DNA from: the human T2T-CHM13v2.0 reference genome, Homo sapiens
DNA: 64,000 nucleotides
Assembly (NCBI RefSeq): GCF_009914755.1
Contig: NC_060939.1
Reading direction: 5' to 3' (one strand)
Part shown: positions 1-11,797 of the stretch, in pieces
Layout: every line of letters begins with the position of its first letter
Numbering within the stretch: position 1 is the stretch's first letter
Program-made: the position numbers and the translations under genes
The notes under the pieces: generated by a model
Told to the model about the DNA's origin: nothing
The model's input: the letters and a program-made list of their open reading frames with translations, nothing else
The model's database searches: none

Positions 1-938
1 CCTAGAGCCCAGGCCAACAACAGGGTGCCCCTCTGCACCTCCTTCAACTGGTCCAAGGCCAACCCACTGAACTCCATTTATTTGGAAGGATTCACTTTTG
101 AAAGGCAGTTCCTGGAACCACCCGGACGCCCTCCTTGGGGCTTCATGTCAAGGCCTGCTGGCAGATAGACAGATGCTGGCATTCTTCTGCCCCTGCCTGG
201 GAACAGGTTTGCAGGGCTGCTCCAGCACAGAGGCCCCTTTGAATTCAAGATGCCTGTCAGGTAGAGAGGCTCGGCATTTCCAGGACTTATCAGTCCTGGA
301 AACTGCTCTGGTCTTCTGCCAACTATGCAACTCTTATTCTGCAGTAAATTGGAGGGCAGGGCAGGCTTCCAGTGTGAATACCAACCGCCAGAGCAGCAAG
401 ACTGGGAAGAATGGGATTCCAGCCACCACCTAGGGCAGTGTCTCTGAGGCCGGCGGGCAGCCCGGGCAGCCCACCAACTTAACCCACGGGGCTTCCTCCG
501 CCCGCCGACAGACCCACTCCGAGCCACTCCGGGGCCTGCCAGCACAAGCTTTTCCGGTTTTTTATAGCCCTCAACATTTCATTCCAGATCAGGGGTGGGA
601 GGGAGAGCAAACAGGATAAAGAAGTTTCTAAGGAAAGAGAGGAATGACTGTCACAGCAGCTCAAGGAGCTCTGAGCTGGGAATGCTGGCTACCCACTGCC
701 TGCTAGCCTCTCTGAGCTTCTGCCCAGACTCCTTCAGTGGGGGCAACAGTGTTGATTGACCTGACAGTTTACTGAAATCAACTGGGGCAGCAGACCTTAC
801 AAGTCCCGTCATGTGGAAAGAGGTGGCAGTTTGGTTTCGAACCAAGGAAGCCACTATAGAAACAGTTTTAGGAAAGAAGAGAGGCATATTTACCCAAAGA
901 GGATAGAACTGAAATGCCTTACAAGTAGTGGTTATAGA

Positions 939-1086
939 GGCCTGGTGTGGTGGCTCATGCCTATAATCCCAGCACTTTGGGAGGCCCAGATGGGTGCATC
1001 ACCTCAGGTCAGGAGTTCGAGACCAGCCTGGCCAACATGGTGAAACCCCGTATCTACTAAAAGTACAAAAATTAAAAAAAAAAAAA
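939..1086 (+). mobile_element. Alu left monomer only (AluS-type) with A-tail and target-site duplication
   Basis: GGCCTGGTGTGGTGGCTCA...TACTAAAAGTACAAAAATT(A)n; flanks AAGTAGTGGTTATAG (923-937) / AAATGGTGGTTATAG (1084-1098). Confidence 0.9.
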
Positions 1087-1242
1087 TGGTGGTTATAGTT
1101 TGTAATCTTATAGTCACAAAATCCCAGCCTATAGACCTTTGAGGTAGGTTCATTTTGCAACTGGCACTCAGGAAAAAACAAAAAGCAGAGAGGTGATCTA
1201 AGTTCCCAGGTCGCAGGCCTGAAGTATTTACCAGTAACTTTA

Positions 1243-1814
1243 CCCCTTATTACTTAAAGCATGGTCCACAGAGCAGCATTGTCTGGGACCTTGTAACAAA
1301 TGTTGACTCTCAGCCTTCCCCAGACCTATTGAACCAGAATCCACATTTTTAACAAGATCCCCAGAATCTTCCAATATTCACTTGCATGTTCAAGTTTGAG
1401 AAGTACCGTTCATGTTATCAGCCATTGTCTCTCTACAGATATAGGATGGTGGTTCCTAAACCCCAGCAATCATTCAGGATCACTCAGAGAAATTGCTTGT
1501 ACCCCAATCACCCCAAGTCTGATTCAGTGGGTATGGGGTAAACCCTAGGCAACTGCACATCGAACAAGCTCCCAGCATTATCAGATGAGCTGGTCTGCAG
1601 ACTACATAAATGACTTGGAGAGCCAGTGAAATATGCGGACGTCTATTGGATTGAGACCATTGTTCCTCAACCTTAGCTGCACATAGAAATCACCAGAGGA
1701 AGTAAAAAAGAACACCCACCCCTGAATTAAGTGACCTGGAGTGTGGCCTAGGTTTGGGAAGTTATATAATCTTATCAGATGTTTAGAATGTGCAGCTAAG
1801 ATTGAGAACCAACA
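1243..1814. mobile_element. Three adjacent MER5-family hAT-Charlie MITEs (~1243-1406, ~1447-1628, ~1658-1814)
   Basis: MER5 motifs; the third has ~25-bp terminal inverted repeats TTGTTCCTCAACCTTAGCTGCACAT / ATGTGCAGCTAAGATTGAGAACCAA. Confidence 0.7.
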
Positions 1815-1834
1815 ATTTAGAATAAACTCATTTA

Positions 1835-1997
1835 AAATCTAGTTTTGATACTTACCAGGTACATGACCTTGAGTGATTTAACCATTCTGAGCAGTTTTCT
1901 CATCTTTAAAGTGGGAATAATAGCCACCTATGAAGTCTCTATATTTGAAGATATATTAGATGTCTGGCACACAGTAGGTACTCAATGAATGTTTGAT
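1835..1997 (+). mobile_element. MIR SINE
   Basis: MIR core GACCTTGAGTGATTTAACC...TTTCTCATCTTTAAAGTGGGAATAATA and 3' end TGGCACACAGTAGGTACTCAATGAATG. Confidence 0.7.
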
Positions 1998-2174
1998 GCC
2001 TGTCACTCTCTTCCCCTACTATGATTAGAAGTGAAAAACCAACTGATATTCTTGTCTTTCGCCCAAATCCCAGCTTCTCTCTAAAAGGAAGTACAGAAAT
2101 ACCTGTTTCATCACCATTCAGGATAGACAAAGGAGCTAGGATCTTAAGCCATGATGGATTTTGTATTCAGGAAG

Positions 2175-2320
2175 CAGAGCTAGCTTCGTGGACCTGTGAC
2201 CTGACTCTGTGCTCAAAAGAACCTTAGCTTGGGATTTAATGCTGTGCTGTAGCTGTCTGGAAATTCTAATCTTTTTTGAACATTTTTCACTGGGCCACAC
2301 AAATTAGGTAGCCGATCCCA
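2175..2320 (+). mobile_element. MER91A-like hAT-Tip100 MITE
   Basis: CAGAGCTAGCTTCGTGG...TTTAATGCTGTGCTGT...CACTGGGCCACACAAATTAGGTAGCCG resembles the recalled MER91A consensus. Confidence 0.65.
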
Positions 2321-5300
2321 TTAGGGAGGAAGCCAGCAGCATGTTTCCCTCTGGCTTGTGGTAACAGAGTTCATCCAAGAGAAAACAATAAAGAAGCAGG
2401 CACCAGAGTTACTTGGTTGGTCTCTCTCTAAGTATGCTGGGATAGTGAGGAAGAGAGACAGGGAGTGTTATTAACCCTTCTGAGTGCAAGGGCCAGAGAT
2501 AGACCAGCCTCAGGCTTCTGCTTCCTTCCCTGGAACAGGTGGCAGACACACCTGCTTGCTGGAAGCACAGCTGGCTGAAGGATGCTATTCCTCCACCTGC
2601 AGTGCACTCCTCTCTACTCCCCTGCCCAGCTTATCCTCCATGAGGAACCACAGCACAAAGGGCAGTGGGTGTCAAGGAGCTGGGGCCGGGGATTTGCAGC
2701 CGTTGGCTTGGTGGCTGCTGTTTTCAGCATGTGGTTTTTCTTCCCTAGTCCAAAAACATGTTTTCTGGTTAGCAGTTGTTTTGATCTCTCTGTTTTGCTG
2801 TCTTTGGTTTCCAGGGCTGCTCTTTGGCCATCCTAAAGCCCTCTGCAGAGTTCACAGGAGAATGAGCTGCATAAACGCGGGTCTTGGGTACTGCAGCCAC
2901 ATGACAGCTTCTCATTAGCCAAAGCCTATCATCATGCCTCTTCCGCGCAAGTGAAAGCTTCCAAGACCCAGAGGAGAATATGCAGAGAGAGAAAGAATGT
3001 TCCATGAGAAGAGAGGAGGGGGTCTGTTGGAGCAGCTTCCACAACTTGACTTTACAGGGGGTAAAAAACATTTGGAACAAAGAAGGATGCTAGAAAGTCA
3101 AAGCTGGCAACCCCAGCCCCTCTTGGTTTTCCATCCTGTACCATGATACTGTAGGATAACTGGATCAGTGAGGAAGTATGTCACCATGATTTTTGGTGAA
3201 AAATAAATTACTAAAGTTTGTGACTTTTTAAAAGCCAAAAATCAGTTTGAATTTACTATTATTCTTAGCTTTTAAAATCTCATTTACTAACTCATCTTCT
3301 GTTATAGTTTCCTAAGGTGTAAAATTACTGTGAGAGCCAGCACTTTTGGGAAAGCCCGGTGACATCCACAGTAGGGCATAAGGCATGTGATCTCACCTGT
3401 CACGTGAGTAGCAAGGGACAAGAGGTGCAGAATGTCTAAACTGGGTAAGGTATCGCGGGGCTGTTAACCCTGTGGGAGCCATTTGCAACAACACGAGTCA
3501 GTAAGCACTGTGCTCTGCTGCCAACACTCAATGAATCTGAGATGCCATCACTTCGGCTATAGAGCCAAGCATAGTGGTCATCCTTGGCCCTGCTGAACAG
3601 GATAGAGAGGCCTGCCAAGAAGAGCCAGCTAGCAGGTAGCCACAGAGGAAAAATATTTTGCATCAGCCTCTATTTCAAGGGAATTCCCTTTGAATAGGAG
3701 AGTCGATGCAAGGGAACAGTTGGTTCCCTGGAGTCTTCAGAGCAAGTTCAGCCTCCACACGACCAATGGTGACCGTGTAGGGACTTCTATGATGATTCAC
3801 TGCACCCCTGCAAAGCTCCCACAAAGGACAGGGCAGCAAAAGCATGCCAGAAAAACACACATGGCTTTACAGCCTTCTCAAAGCTCCAAGCACCACATTC
3901 TAGAACTCAGTCATCAAGTGGGGTGGGCCTTTGTCTGCAGTCAGAGCCTCCCATTGAAGTTCAAAGCAGAGAAGGAGAAGCAGAAGACCCCTGGCTTCTA
4001 TAAATTTATGTCCTGCCTGTGGATCTGCTACAAACCTAACCTCTTTAATTTAGAATTTGTCAAATACTAGGCATTTTTGAGGAAGCGGGGTGGTTGGAAG
4101 GTCTGTCAAATGTCAGAAAAGAGAGGGAGGGCATGCAAACATTTGTTAGGAGAATACGAGGACCCTGGGATCACAACACAGGAAAGAAGCCAAAAACCAC
4201 TCTCAACATTATGTTCAAAGAGTCATCTTACACCAGGAATCCCAAGTACAGGATCATGGCAAGGGCCAAAGGTACCCTCCTCCCTTGCACATGTCAATTC
4301 AGAGGAGGAAATAGAAAAAGAAGTCAAGAAGGAAGAAAACGAGGAGGAGGAAAGAATGGACACATCTTGGGAAGCCAGGAAACCCAATTCCTTTACCCAG
4401 TTTCATTTCTGCCTTGCACTGCTCTTGGTTCCCGACCCCCTGCTAAATGTAGTCAAATAAGTGTATTGTGCAGGGTGAAAGAAACTATTTTACTCAACAA
4501 TACCAATAGTGCTTTCATCCATGGTCCCAGCCCCCTTTCAGTCACCTCGGATATCTCCTATCACACACCACACTTCCAGTACCAATTCCCCTGCTCTGCA
4601 CACATGGCTAAGACATAGGGACACTCTGTTCCAGCTGAGAAAGAAATGCCAACCTACAGCATCAAAACTCAGGAGTCCTAGATCCCTCCCACCCCTACCT
4701 CCCTCCACCTGGAAGAAACCCTTCTCAGTCCAATGCCCCAAGGTTAGGAGAGAAGGCAGAAATGACTCCTTCCCAACTCTAATCATTCCCTTAGACAACC
4801 GGTGAAACCAGAAGGATAACAAGAATGTTCAATGTGGCAGCAGCCCCTGAGATCTTTTGGCAGGAGCCAGTCCCTCCAAATCAAGACTCTGGCAGGATTC
4901 TACAATCCACTCAGAGGACAGTTACCATCTGTTTATGGAAAAAAATGTTAATAACCCCCAATCATAATCAAATAGGCAACCACTTTACTTTAAGTACCTA
5001 TTAACTAACGCTAATTTACAATGGAACAGTCCTGCAAGTGCTCATCCGCAGGCCCATCAGAGGCACCAGCACACATCCAGCCATTAGGAAGAAAGGCAAG
5101 TGGTTGCTGATGAGGCACTTAAGGCATTGCCGGAAGCCCAAGCAGCAGTTCTTGATGCCCTTCCTTCCCGGCCTTCCCACTTCCGCTGTCCTGCCACGCG
5201 TGCAGTCTCTAGCATGTCTGAAAATAAATGAAGGAAGTTCTTGGAGCCTACTCCTCCATCAGCTCCTATCTTTCCCCAAGGCCAGGAGTGCCCCAGGTTG

Positions 5301-5772
5301 GAAAAAGTGGATTAATAAGAGAATTTTCGAAAGCCCCATTTAAGTGGGACAGCATTCAAAGTTAATTAATCAGAGCCTTGGAGGGATTGAGCTGATGTAT
5401 TCATAATCCAGCTTCATTTCCCTGACCCTCCCAGGTTCTCTGCACAAGTCAAGTATGTGGAAAAGCAGGGCCAGAAGGCTCTCGCTAGCTGTGTGCTCTG
5501 GCACATCACTGCATCTCTCTGGGTCTCAGTTTCCTTAGCTGTACAATGGGCACATTAGCCTAATAAGCCTAAGGTCTGTTTCAGCTCTGATAAACTATTA
5601 TTCTGTTTTCTTCATGGGAGTAAGAGGAAGCCAAGAAGTATGAAGTAATTCTCACAGTATCTCTGATCTAGAAGTATTTAAAGATACTTATGAGGTGGTC
5701 AAGAGGAAAAGAGGCCAAATAATGTATATATATTTTTTTACAGGCTGCAAAAGATCCACACACTTGCTTCTT

Positions 5773-5840
5773 TTTCTATTAAATAATTATGATGCTCACC
5801 TTATACTTTCTATTAAATAATTTTGATGCTCACCTTATAT
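5773..5840. repeat. 34-bp tandem duplication
   Basis: TTTCTATTAAATAATT(A/T)TGATGCTCACCTTATA(C/T) twice, 32/34 identical. Confidence 0.95.
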
Positions 5841-6679
5841 GAAAACTACAGAGCAAGTTTTATTATTGTTCAGACACACTAACACCTATTGCCTGGTTAT
5901 TGTTCTAATGACGACGTGAAATGATGATGGTGCACTATGGATGTGGACAGTGTGCAGCCAAGACAAAGGAGTCAGGGCATTTGTGTTGCTGTGGAAAGAG
6001 GTTGGAGCTAAAACTCAGCCAAACCAAAGCAAGTCACTTCCTTGTCTGGGCCTCGGTTTCTTCACCTGGAAATACGGATAAAGGAGAGCCCAGCCAGATC
6101 ACTGTCATGATCTTTTAATGCCTAATTTAACAATATTTTATGAGAATGAATTTGTCCTAAATTCTGAACCATCTCACTTCCAGGCCCAGGATGCAAGAGT
6201 ACACTCTAGTTAGTTGTTAAAATGCTGAAATATTTTTATATGTTTCTGTAGCTGCAGTAAATAGCCCATGCCCTGAACCCCACAAGTACACACCTCCCAA
6301 CCACCCTGGCCACCCCATGATCTGACAATCAAAGAGTTAATGTCTAGCACAGTGGGGACCTCCAGGGCCCTGCTCCAGCAGGAGGGCTGGCTGATAGGGC
6401 AGTGCCCAGGACATGCCAAATACTTCACAAATCACCCCTGCCACTCTGAAGCATTAGACTTCATCAATAGCAAAAAGAAACCCCCACTGTACACTTAGCA
6501 CCATCTTAAAACCTTTGTGATTCCAAAAGAAGATGAGCTTGTGCCCCAAGGTGACCCCCTCCCCAAGCCAAAATTTTGATCAACATGGCAGTTGGAGGGC
6601 TCTGAGACAAAGCATGTTCGGTTTGTTTCTAGGAGATCTGGTTAATATATTCATCTCCCATAAAATGGGCACCCATTGG

Positions 6680-7295
6680 AATTCCTACACATACCGACAG
6701 AGAGAGATCTCCAACATATGACAAGGAAATAAAGCAAGATGCAAGTTACTCAGAGTATAAGCATGAATATAAATTAAAACACTCACAGAGTAATGCATTT
6801 TGTAAGTATACTGATATATATGCATGTCTGTGTGTCTACATATGGATATACAGAGACATATGCATATATGTGTACATATACATATAGGTAGAAGTATGAA
6901 AATGAACTGTTTACCAGCCTTAGCCACTCATCTTTCATGTAGTAGAGGTGGTTGCTAATTTGGCAGTCTGGGAGGTGTGAGTTTATCTGGGAGACAGCCA
7001 TGAGGGGAGAGACAGCCGACAGAGACACACAGAGACAGAGATACAGGGAAAGAAGCTTCAGTCAGTGAACTGGAGGATGCTGAACTTAGGCTAGTGGCTG
7101 CCTATGGAGATGGGGATGGGAATAGGACCAGGGGGATGACTAAAGGGGTTTTAGTTTTAGTCATATTTTATATCTTCCCAAACTAAAGCAGTAAATGCAA
7201 ATATAAGACAAAACAGTAAGTCATTTATTCTAGGTGGAGGGAATATGGGTGTTTGTTATATTTATCTTTGTCTTTTTCTGTATTTTTTTTATTTC
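6680..7295 (+). mobile_element. Old L1M (L1ME-like) 3' fragments with a TA/TG-rich low-complexity tract
   Basis: L1ME 3'UTR-like motifs (GTGGCTGCCTATGGAGATGGGG; GGTGGAGGGAATATGGGTGTTTGTTATATT). Confidence 0.5.
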
Positions 7296-8133
7296 TCAGA
7301 AGGAAGTAAAGCTCCTATTAGTAGGCCCTCCCTATCGATACACCTGGCCCTCAGATGTGGATGGGGAATTGTTTATGAGTTTTCCCCATCATCATCTCTC
7401 TACTTCCCACTGCCCAGACATCTCAGATCTCCCAATTAACTCTAACTAGCCCATTGTTAATTTATAAGCTGTACTTTTTTTATTATTAAAATTAAAGTCA
7501 TTCATTTCTAAATTCAACAAGCAATTGTCAAATGTTGCGTGGTGTTTTCAGGCATACTAGGCTGAGTGATCTGTGATTTCTGCCATAGGTCGCTCCTGGT
7601 CAAGTAGGACAGACATATGGTCTACCAGCAAAGAAATGACAATGTACTGGGATTAGCGTATAATAAAGGCATTTTACTAAATATTGTGCAGGACAAAAGA
7701 GGGCATGATTGCGTCTTGGATGGGCAGCCCTTTTTGGAAGGCAATAAAAGGAACCTATGAAGGTTTATACATAAACAAAAGAAGGGAGAAATGTTCCCAT
7801 GGAGCCTTTTTATATGCCAGTTACACATAGATCTTGACACTCACAGCAACCCAGTGAGGGAGGTAGTATTATTACCATTCTGGAGTTGAGGAAACAGAGG
7901 CACTGAGAAGGTAGTAACTTTGCTGAAGCCAATGAGCAATTAAGTGGTATCGTACATTCTCACCCAGACTTGAAAATTCAAAACTGAGACTGGGGTGGAT
8001 GTGAAGAGACAAGGCTTTCCCTAAGTAAAAGGTAGGGAACTTCTGGTACCCGTGTCATCACTCTTTATCCAAGACTGTGATGCTCGCTGGCAATAAAAGA
8101 TCAAAGGTTAATGCAGCTTGAGGCATTTGCTTA

Positions 8134-8716
8134 TGTCAAAGAAAAGAGTCAAACTCGGTAAAATAATTGAAGAGATTTATTCCGAGCCAAATATGAGTGA
8201 CCAATGGCCTGTGACACAGCCCTCAGGAGATCCTTAGAACATGTGCCTAAGGTGGCTGGGCCACAACTTGGTTTTATGCAGTTTAGGGAGACATAAGGCA
8301 TCAATCAATACATGTAAGATGTACATTAGTTCCGACCAGAAAGGCAGGACAACTGGAAGCAGGGGCTTCCAAGTCATAGGCATATTCAAAGATTTTCTGA
8401 TTGGCAATTGGTTGAAAGAGTTATTTTCAATAGGAAGGTTCAATAAGAGGTTATGGAGACCAAGGTTTTATGATGCAGATGAAGCCTCCAGGTAGCAGGC
8501 ATCAGACAGAATAGATTGCAAATGTTTCTCATCAGACTTAACGAGTCTATTCTATCAGTAATTCCAAAAAGAAGGAGGGTTTAATGAGGCATGTATGGCT
8601 CCCTGCTTCCCATCATGGTCTGAACTAGTTTTTCAGGTTAACTTTGGGATGCCCTTGTTGAGAAGAGGGATGCATTCGGATGGTTGGGGGGCTTAGAATT
8701 TTATTTTTGTTTTGCA
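8134..8716 (-). mobile_element. MER4A-like ERV1 solo LTR, 583 bp, sense to NTRK3
   Basis: TG...CA termini; 4-bp TSD CTTA (8130-8133 / 8717-8720); minus strand begins TGCAAAACAAAAATAAAATTCTAAGCCCCCCAACCATC like MER4A; AATAAA at 8181-8176. Confidence 0.85.
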
Positions 8717-9610
8717 CTTATTTATCCTAAAGTGAGACCCAAACATAATCTGGCTTCATAAAGATGAAAGAGATTCAGGCTTAATTCTAAACAAGGTGAG
8801 TCTTAGATACACCATCTCATCTTGCCTATAACTCCAGTATAACTTACTTTAAGTTGCCCGACTTTACAATAGAGGATATTTCACTTCCACCTACGTGGAC
8901 ATGTTCTCCTGACCCAACCAGGGCCAAGAAAGGAAGGTCTGCCTGGGAGAGGGGAGCAGGGGCTGGGAGAAGCTCTGAGGACAGCTGAGGGGAGGAACCA
9001 CCCTGGGTGCTGCCTAATCCATCCGACATGGGGACATGCTGTTCCAGAAACAGGATGACAATTAATAGGAAAAATCTGCTCTTACAGCACTGCCAAGCAT
9101 GTCGCAGGGTCTCAGCTGGTGGTGCGCCTCCTCAGGGGAAGAGCAACAATGCCCCATTCTTCCCTTTGGTCAAGGCCCTGATGTTTTCTCAGGTGGAAGG
9201 AGGAAGAGCTATAAAAGCTCCCTGCATGGTAGGAAAACTTTGCACAGGCAATAATACTGCCAGTCCTCAAAACCAGGAGCCCAAGAATTATCCAAAGATT
9301 GAAAGCTGTGCGCTCACTCAGTGGTCGTCTCATCTTCTAGATCTAGAAAGCCCTGTTTGGCATGTTGTGTTTGCAGATAAGACATCTCCAATCTAGGTGC
9401 CTAAAAGTGGTCTGATTTTGTTTAAGTCATCTGGATTCCAGCCAAACTTCCATCCACCTTTATAATTTGCCTGCACATGTCTTTCTCTTGGTCAAAATAT
9501 CTCAGATGACTTAAGAAAAACTAGCTTGCTTTGCTGTGAGTTGATCAGGTTCATCAAGAGCAGAGAGTGCAAAGGCAGAAATCTTCTGGAAACAGGGCAC
9601 CCTGTACCCA

Positions 9611-9759
9611 TTTTTTGTTTGTTGTTTGTTTTTGAGACAGGGTCTTTCTTTGTTGCCCAGACCGGAATGCAGTGGTGTGATGACAGCTCACTGCAGCCTT
9701 GACCTCCTGTGCTCAATCAATCTTCCCACCTCAGCCTCCTGAGTAGCTGGGTTTACAGG
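9611..9759 (-). mobile_element. AluJ/FRAM-like right-arm fragment
   Basis: T-rich tail then GAGACAGGGTCT...CTCACTGCAGCCTTGACCTCC...GTAGCTGGG. Confidence 0.85.
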
Positions 9760-9802
9760 GTTTTCTACCCTTCTAATCCTCTCTGGGTATTTCCCTATAT
9801 AT

Positions 9803-9982
9803 CAGTGTTCTGAATTTTCAAGGAGTTACAGAGGTTTCTGAGAATATAGCGAAAGCTATGGACTAGTTCGGTTCCATGCGCAAACACTCCAACATTTGCA
9901 TACAATTCAGAGGATCACCGTCCCTGTGAATGCCATTCATGTACTCTTCTTCAGTCCCTAAGCCCCAAGGTCCCCAACCACA
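9803..9982. mobile_element. hAT-Charlie MITE (MER117-like)
   Basis: GAGAAT...GAAAGCTATGGAC...TTTGCATACAATTCAGAGG motifs. Confidence 0.5.
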
Positions 9983-10906
9983 GACACAAGCTCATGCAGA
10001 GAATCCATAGAAATTCATCTCTCTACACATCCCATAGTCTCACCAGATAACACCAACCTGAGTCCTGGCTCAGCAAACTGATAACTTATCAAACCGCGTA
10101 TCATGCCTCCCTACCCACCCCCACCCAACATCGCCAAACATGGAAACCCCAGCTGGGAGTATATCTTGAAATTCAAGTTTCTGTTTTGGAACTGGTACCC
10201 AGCCTCTCTTGAACCATTTGGTCACATCCATCTCTGAGACCAGGCAGGTGGATGCTAATTCACCATGTTAACCCCTTTCATGCCAGTCCCCTTACCCGAG
10301 CCTTGGCAAAGAGCCATATCCCACCACCCCACCCTGCCACAGTGGAGTGGAGCACTGTATGTCATGGAAGCCAGCCAGCAGATTTAGAAATCATGTTGCT
10401 CTTGGCATCCACTCTGGGACTCTGTGTAGAGCTACGTGCTGAGATCCCATTGCATGGGCAGCTTTTCAATGCCGGAGTCTACCCTACATCTTGCTGTGCT
10501 GACGCCTTCCCAACACAACTTCAAAAACAAGAAGAAAACCGTGTCCTCAAACTAGGAGTCCCTTTACCCACCCGTAATGAAAATAAACCAAAGTCCGTCT
10601 TCATTTGCCCTGAAATCCAACTTCCTTTCCAAATTATCCTCATTGCATAAGCCCTTCTAAGCAATGTTTATCAGCAGTCAAAGCAAAACCATGTGGATCT
10701 ACAGTTTGGTTCCCACAGATCCCAACACTGCCTTCAATCCATAATTACCAAGAACAAGCGGCAAACAGGAGTTTCCATCAGTACCACTTAGACCCCATGA
10801 CCGGAGGCCCTCTCAGAGAGCAATGGGAGATTAAAACAGTATCTTTTGATCAAAAGCAGTAATGTTTCCCCCCATGACGCCCTTGAAAATGAAACTCCCA
10901 CCTTAC

Positions 10907-11009
10907 CCTTCATTCCAAATTTGGACCGTCGACCATATTTGTTGATCATGACGAAGAGAACCACCAACAGGACACAGGCAAAAGCAGCAAGTCCAACTGC
11001 TATGGATAC
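10907..11009 (-). CDS. NTRK3: NTRK3 transmembrane exon, 103 nt (VSIAVGLAAFACVLLVVLFVMINKYGRRSKFGMK(G)), phase 0-1
   Basis: Acceptor CACAG|GTA, donor AGG|GTAAGG; hydrophobic helix followed by the Trk KFG motif. Confidence 0.97.
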
Positions 11010-11797
11010 CTGTGAGGAACCAGAAACAGAGAGTCAGCAACAATCACAGAAAACCCAATTTCCTTGAAAATAATGTGTGTGCCCAGATAAGAACAGTCCT
11101 ACTGCCATAGTAATTGTAGCCTTCTCAGAACTGCAATACTGAGTAAGGTCTTTAGAAGAAGAAATATATGAGACCCTTAGAACATTTAAAAGTATATAAA
11201 TTACCCAATTTGATTAGAGAAAGTTCCACGATTCAATGTTCTGAGCCCCTTCTCACCTGGGGCCATTCTAACAGATGCAAAAACAAGCCTAGAGAGGCGT
11301 CTGATTTTGTTTTAATTAGCAAGTGAATTCTGCATCTTCATGTTAAAATTCCTTATATAACATTCTTATCCAGGAAAGTCGAAAAGATCTGGATTCTAAA
11401 AAGAATCCTTTCTCCTCCTCCCCAGAGTAATCTTAGGCTCTGAAATAGTAGGAGTGGGCGCTTGAAAACACACCCAAGGAGATGCCTTGAGCAACTTGGC
11501 CTTTTGTAGGAAACTTGTACAGTTAGCAGCCCCTGCAAATCAGGCCCAGCTGGGCTCCTAACAGACTGGGGATTTTCTGAACCCTAGGGCTTGGAGCAGA
11601 TCGTCAAACATTTCCTCAAACAATGAACTATTTCCATCCAACAAGGAAGGTTTAAACTGCCTGAACGTAGTTCAATTCATTACTTTTTTTTTTCAAAGTT
11701 TCAAGTAAGATAATATTTGGAAAAGTTAGCAACACAAATGAAGTCTGAAAATGACTATGCCAGTCAACACACTCCTCTTGACCAAGAAGTGACTCAC

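Noticed and set aside
78-545. 155-aa minus-strand ORF and overlapping 111-aa ORF
   Set aside because: No recognisable domain; openness is explained by local GC richness.
4077-4618. 127/174-aa ORFs with an acidic EEEIEKEVKKEENEEEE stretch
   Set aside because: Derives from a GA-rich low-complexity tract; no homology, poly(A) or TSD suggesting a processed pseudogene.
11004-11012. CAG|GTATCC at the TM-exon acceptor as a recursive splice site
   Set aside because: The reconstituted donor is weak and the upstream intron is short (788 nt).
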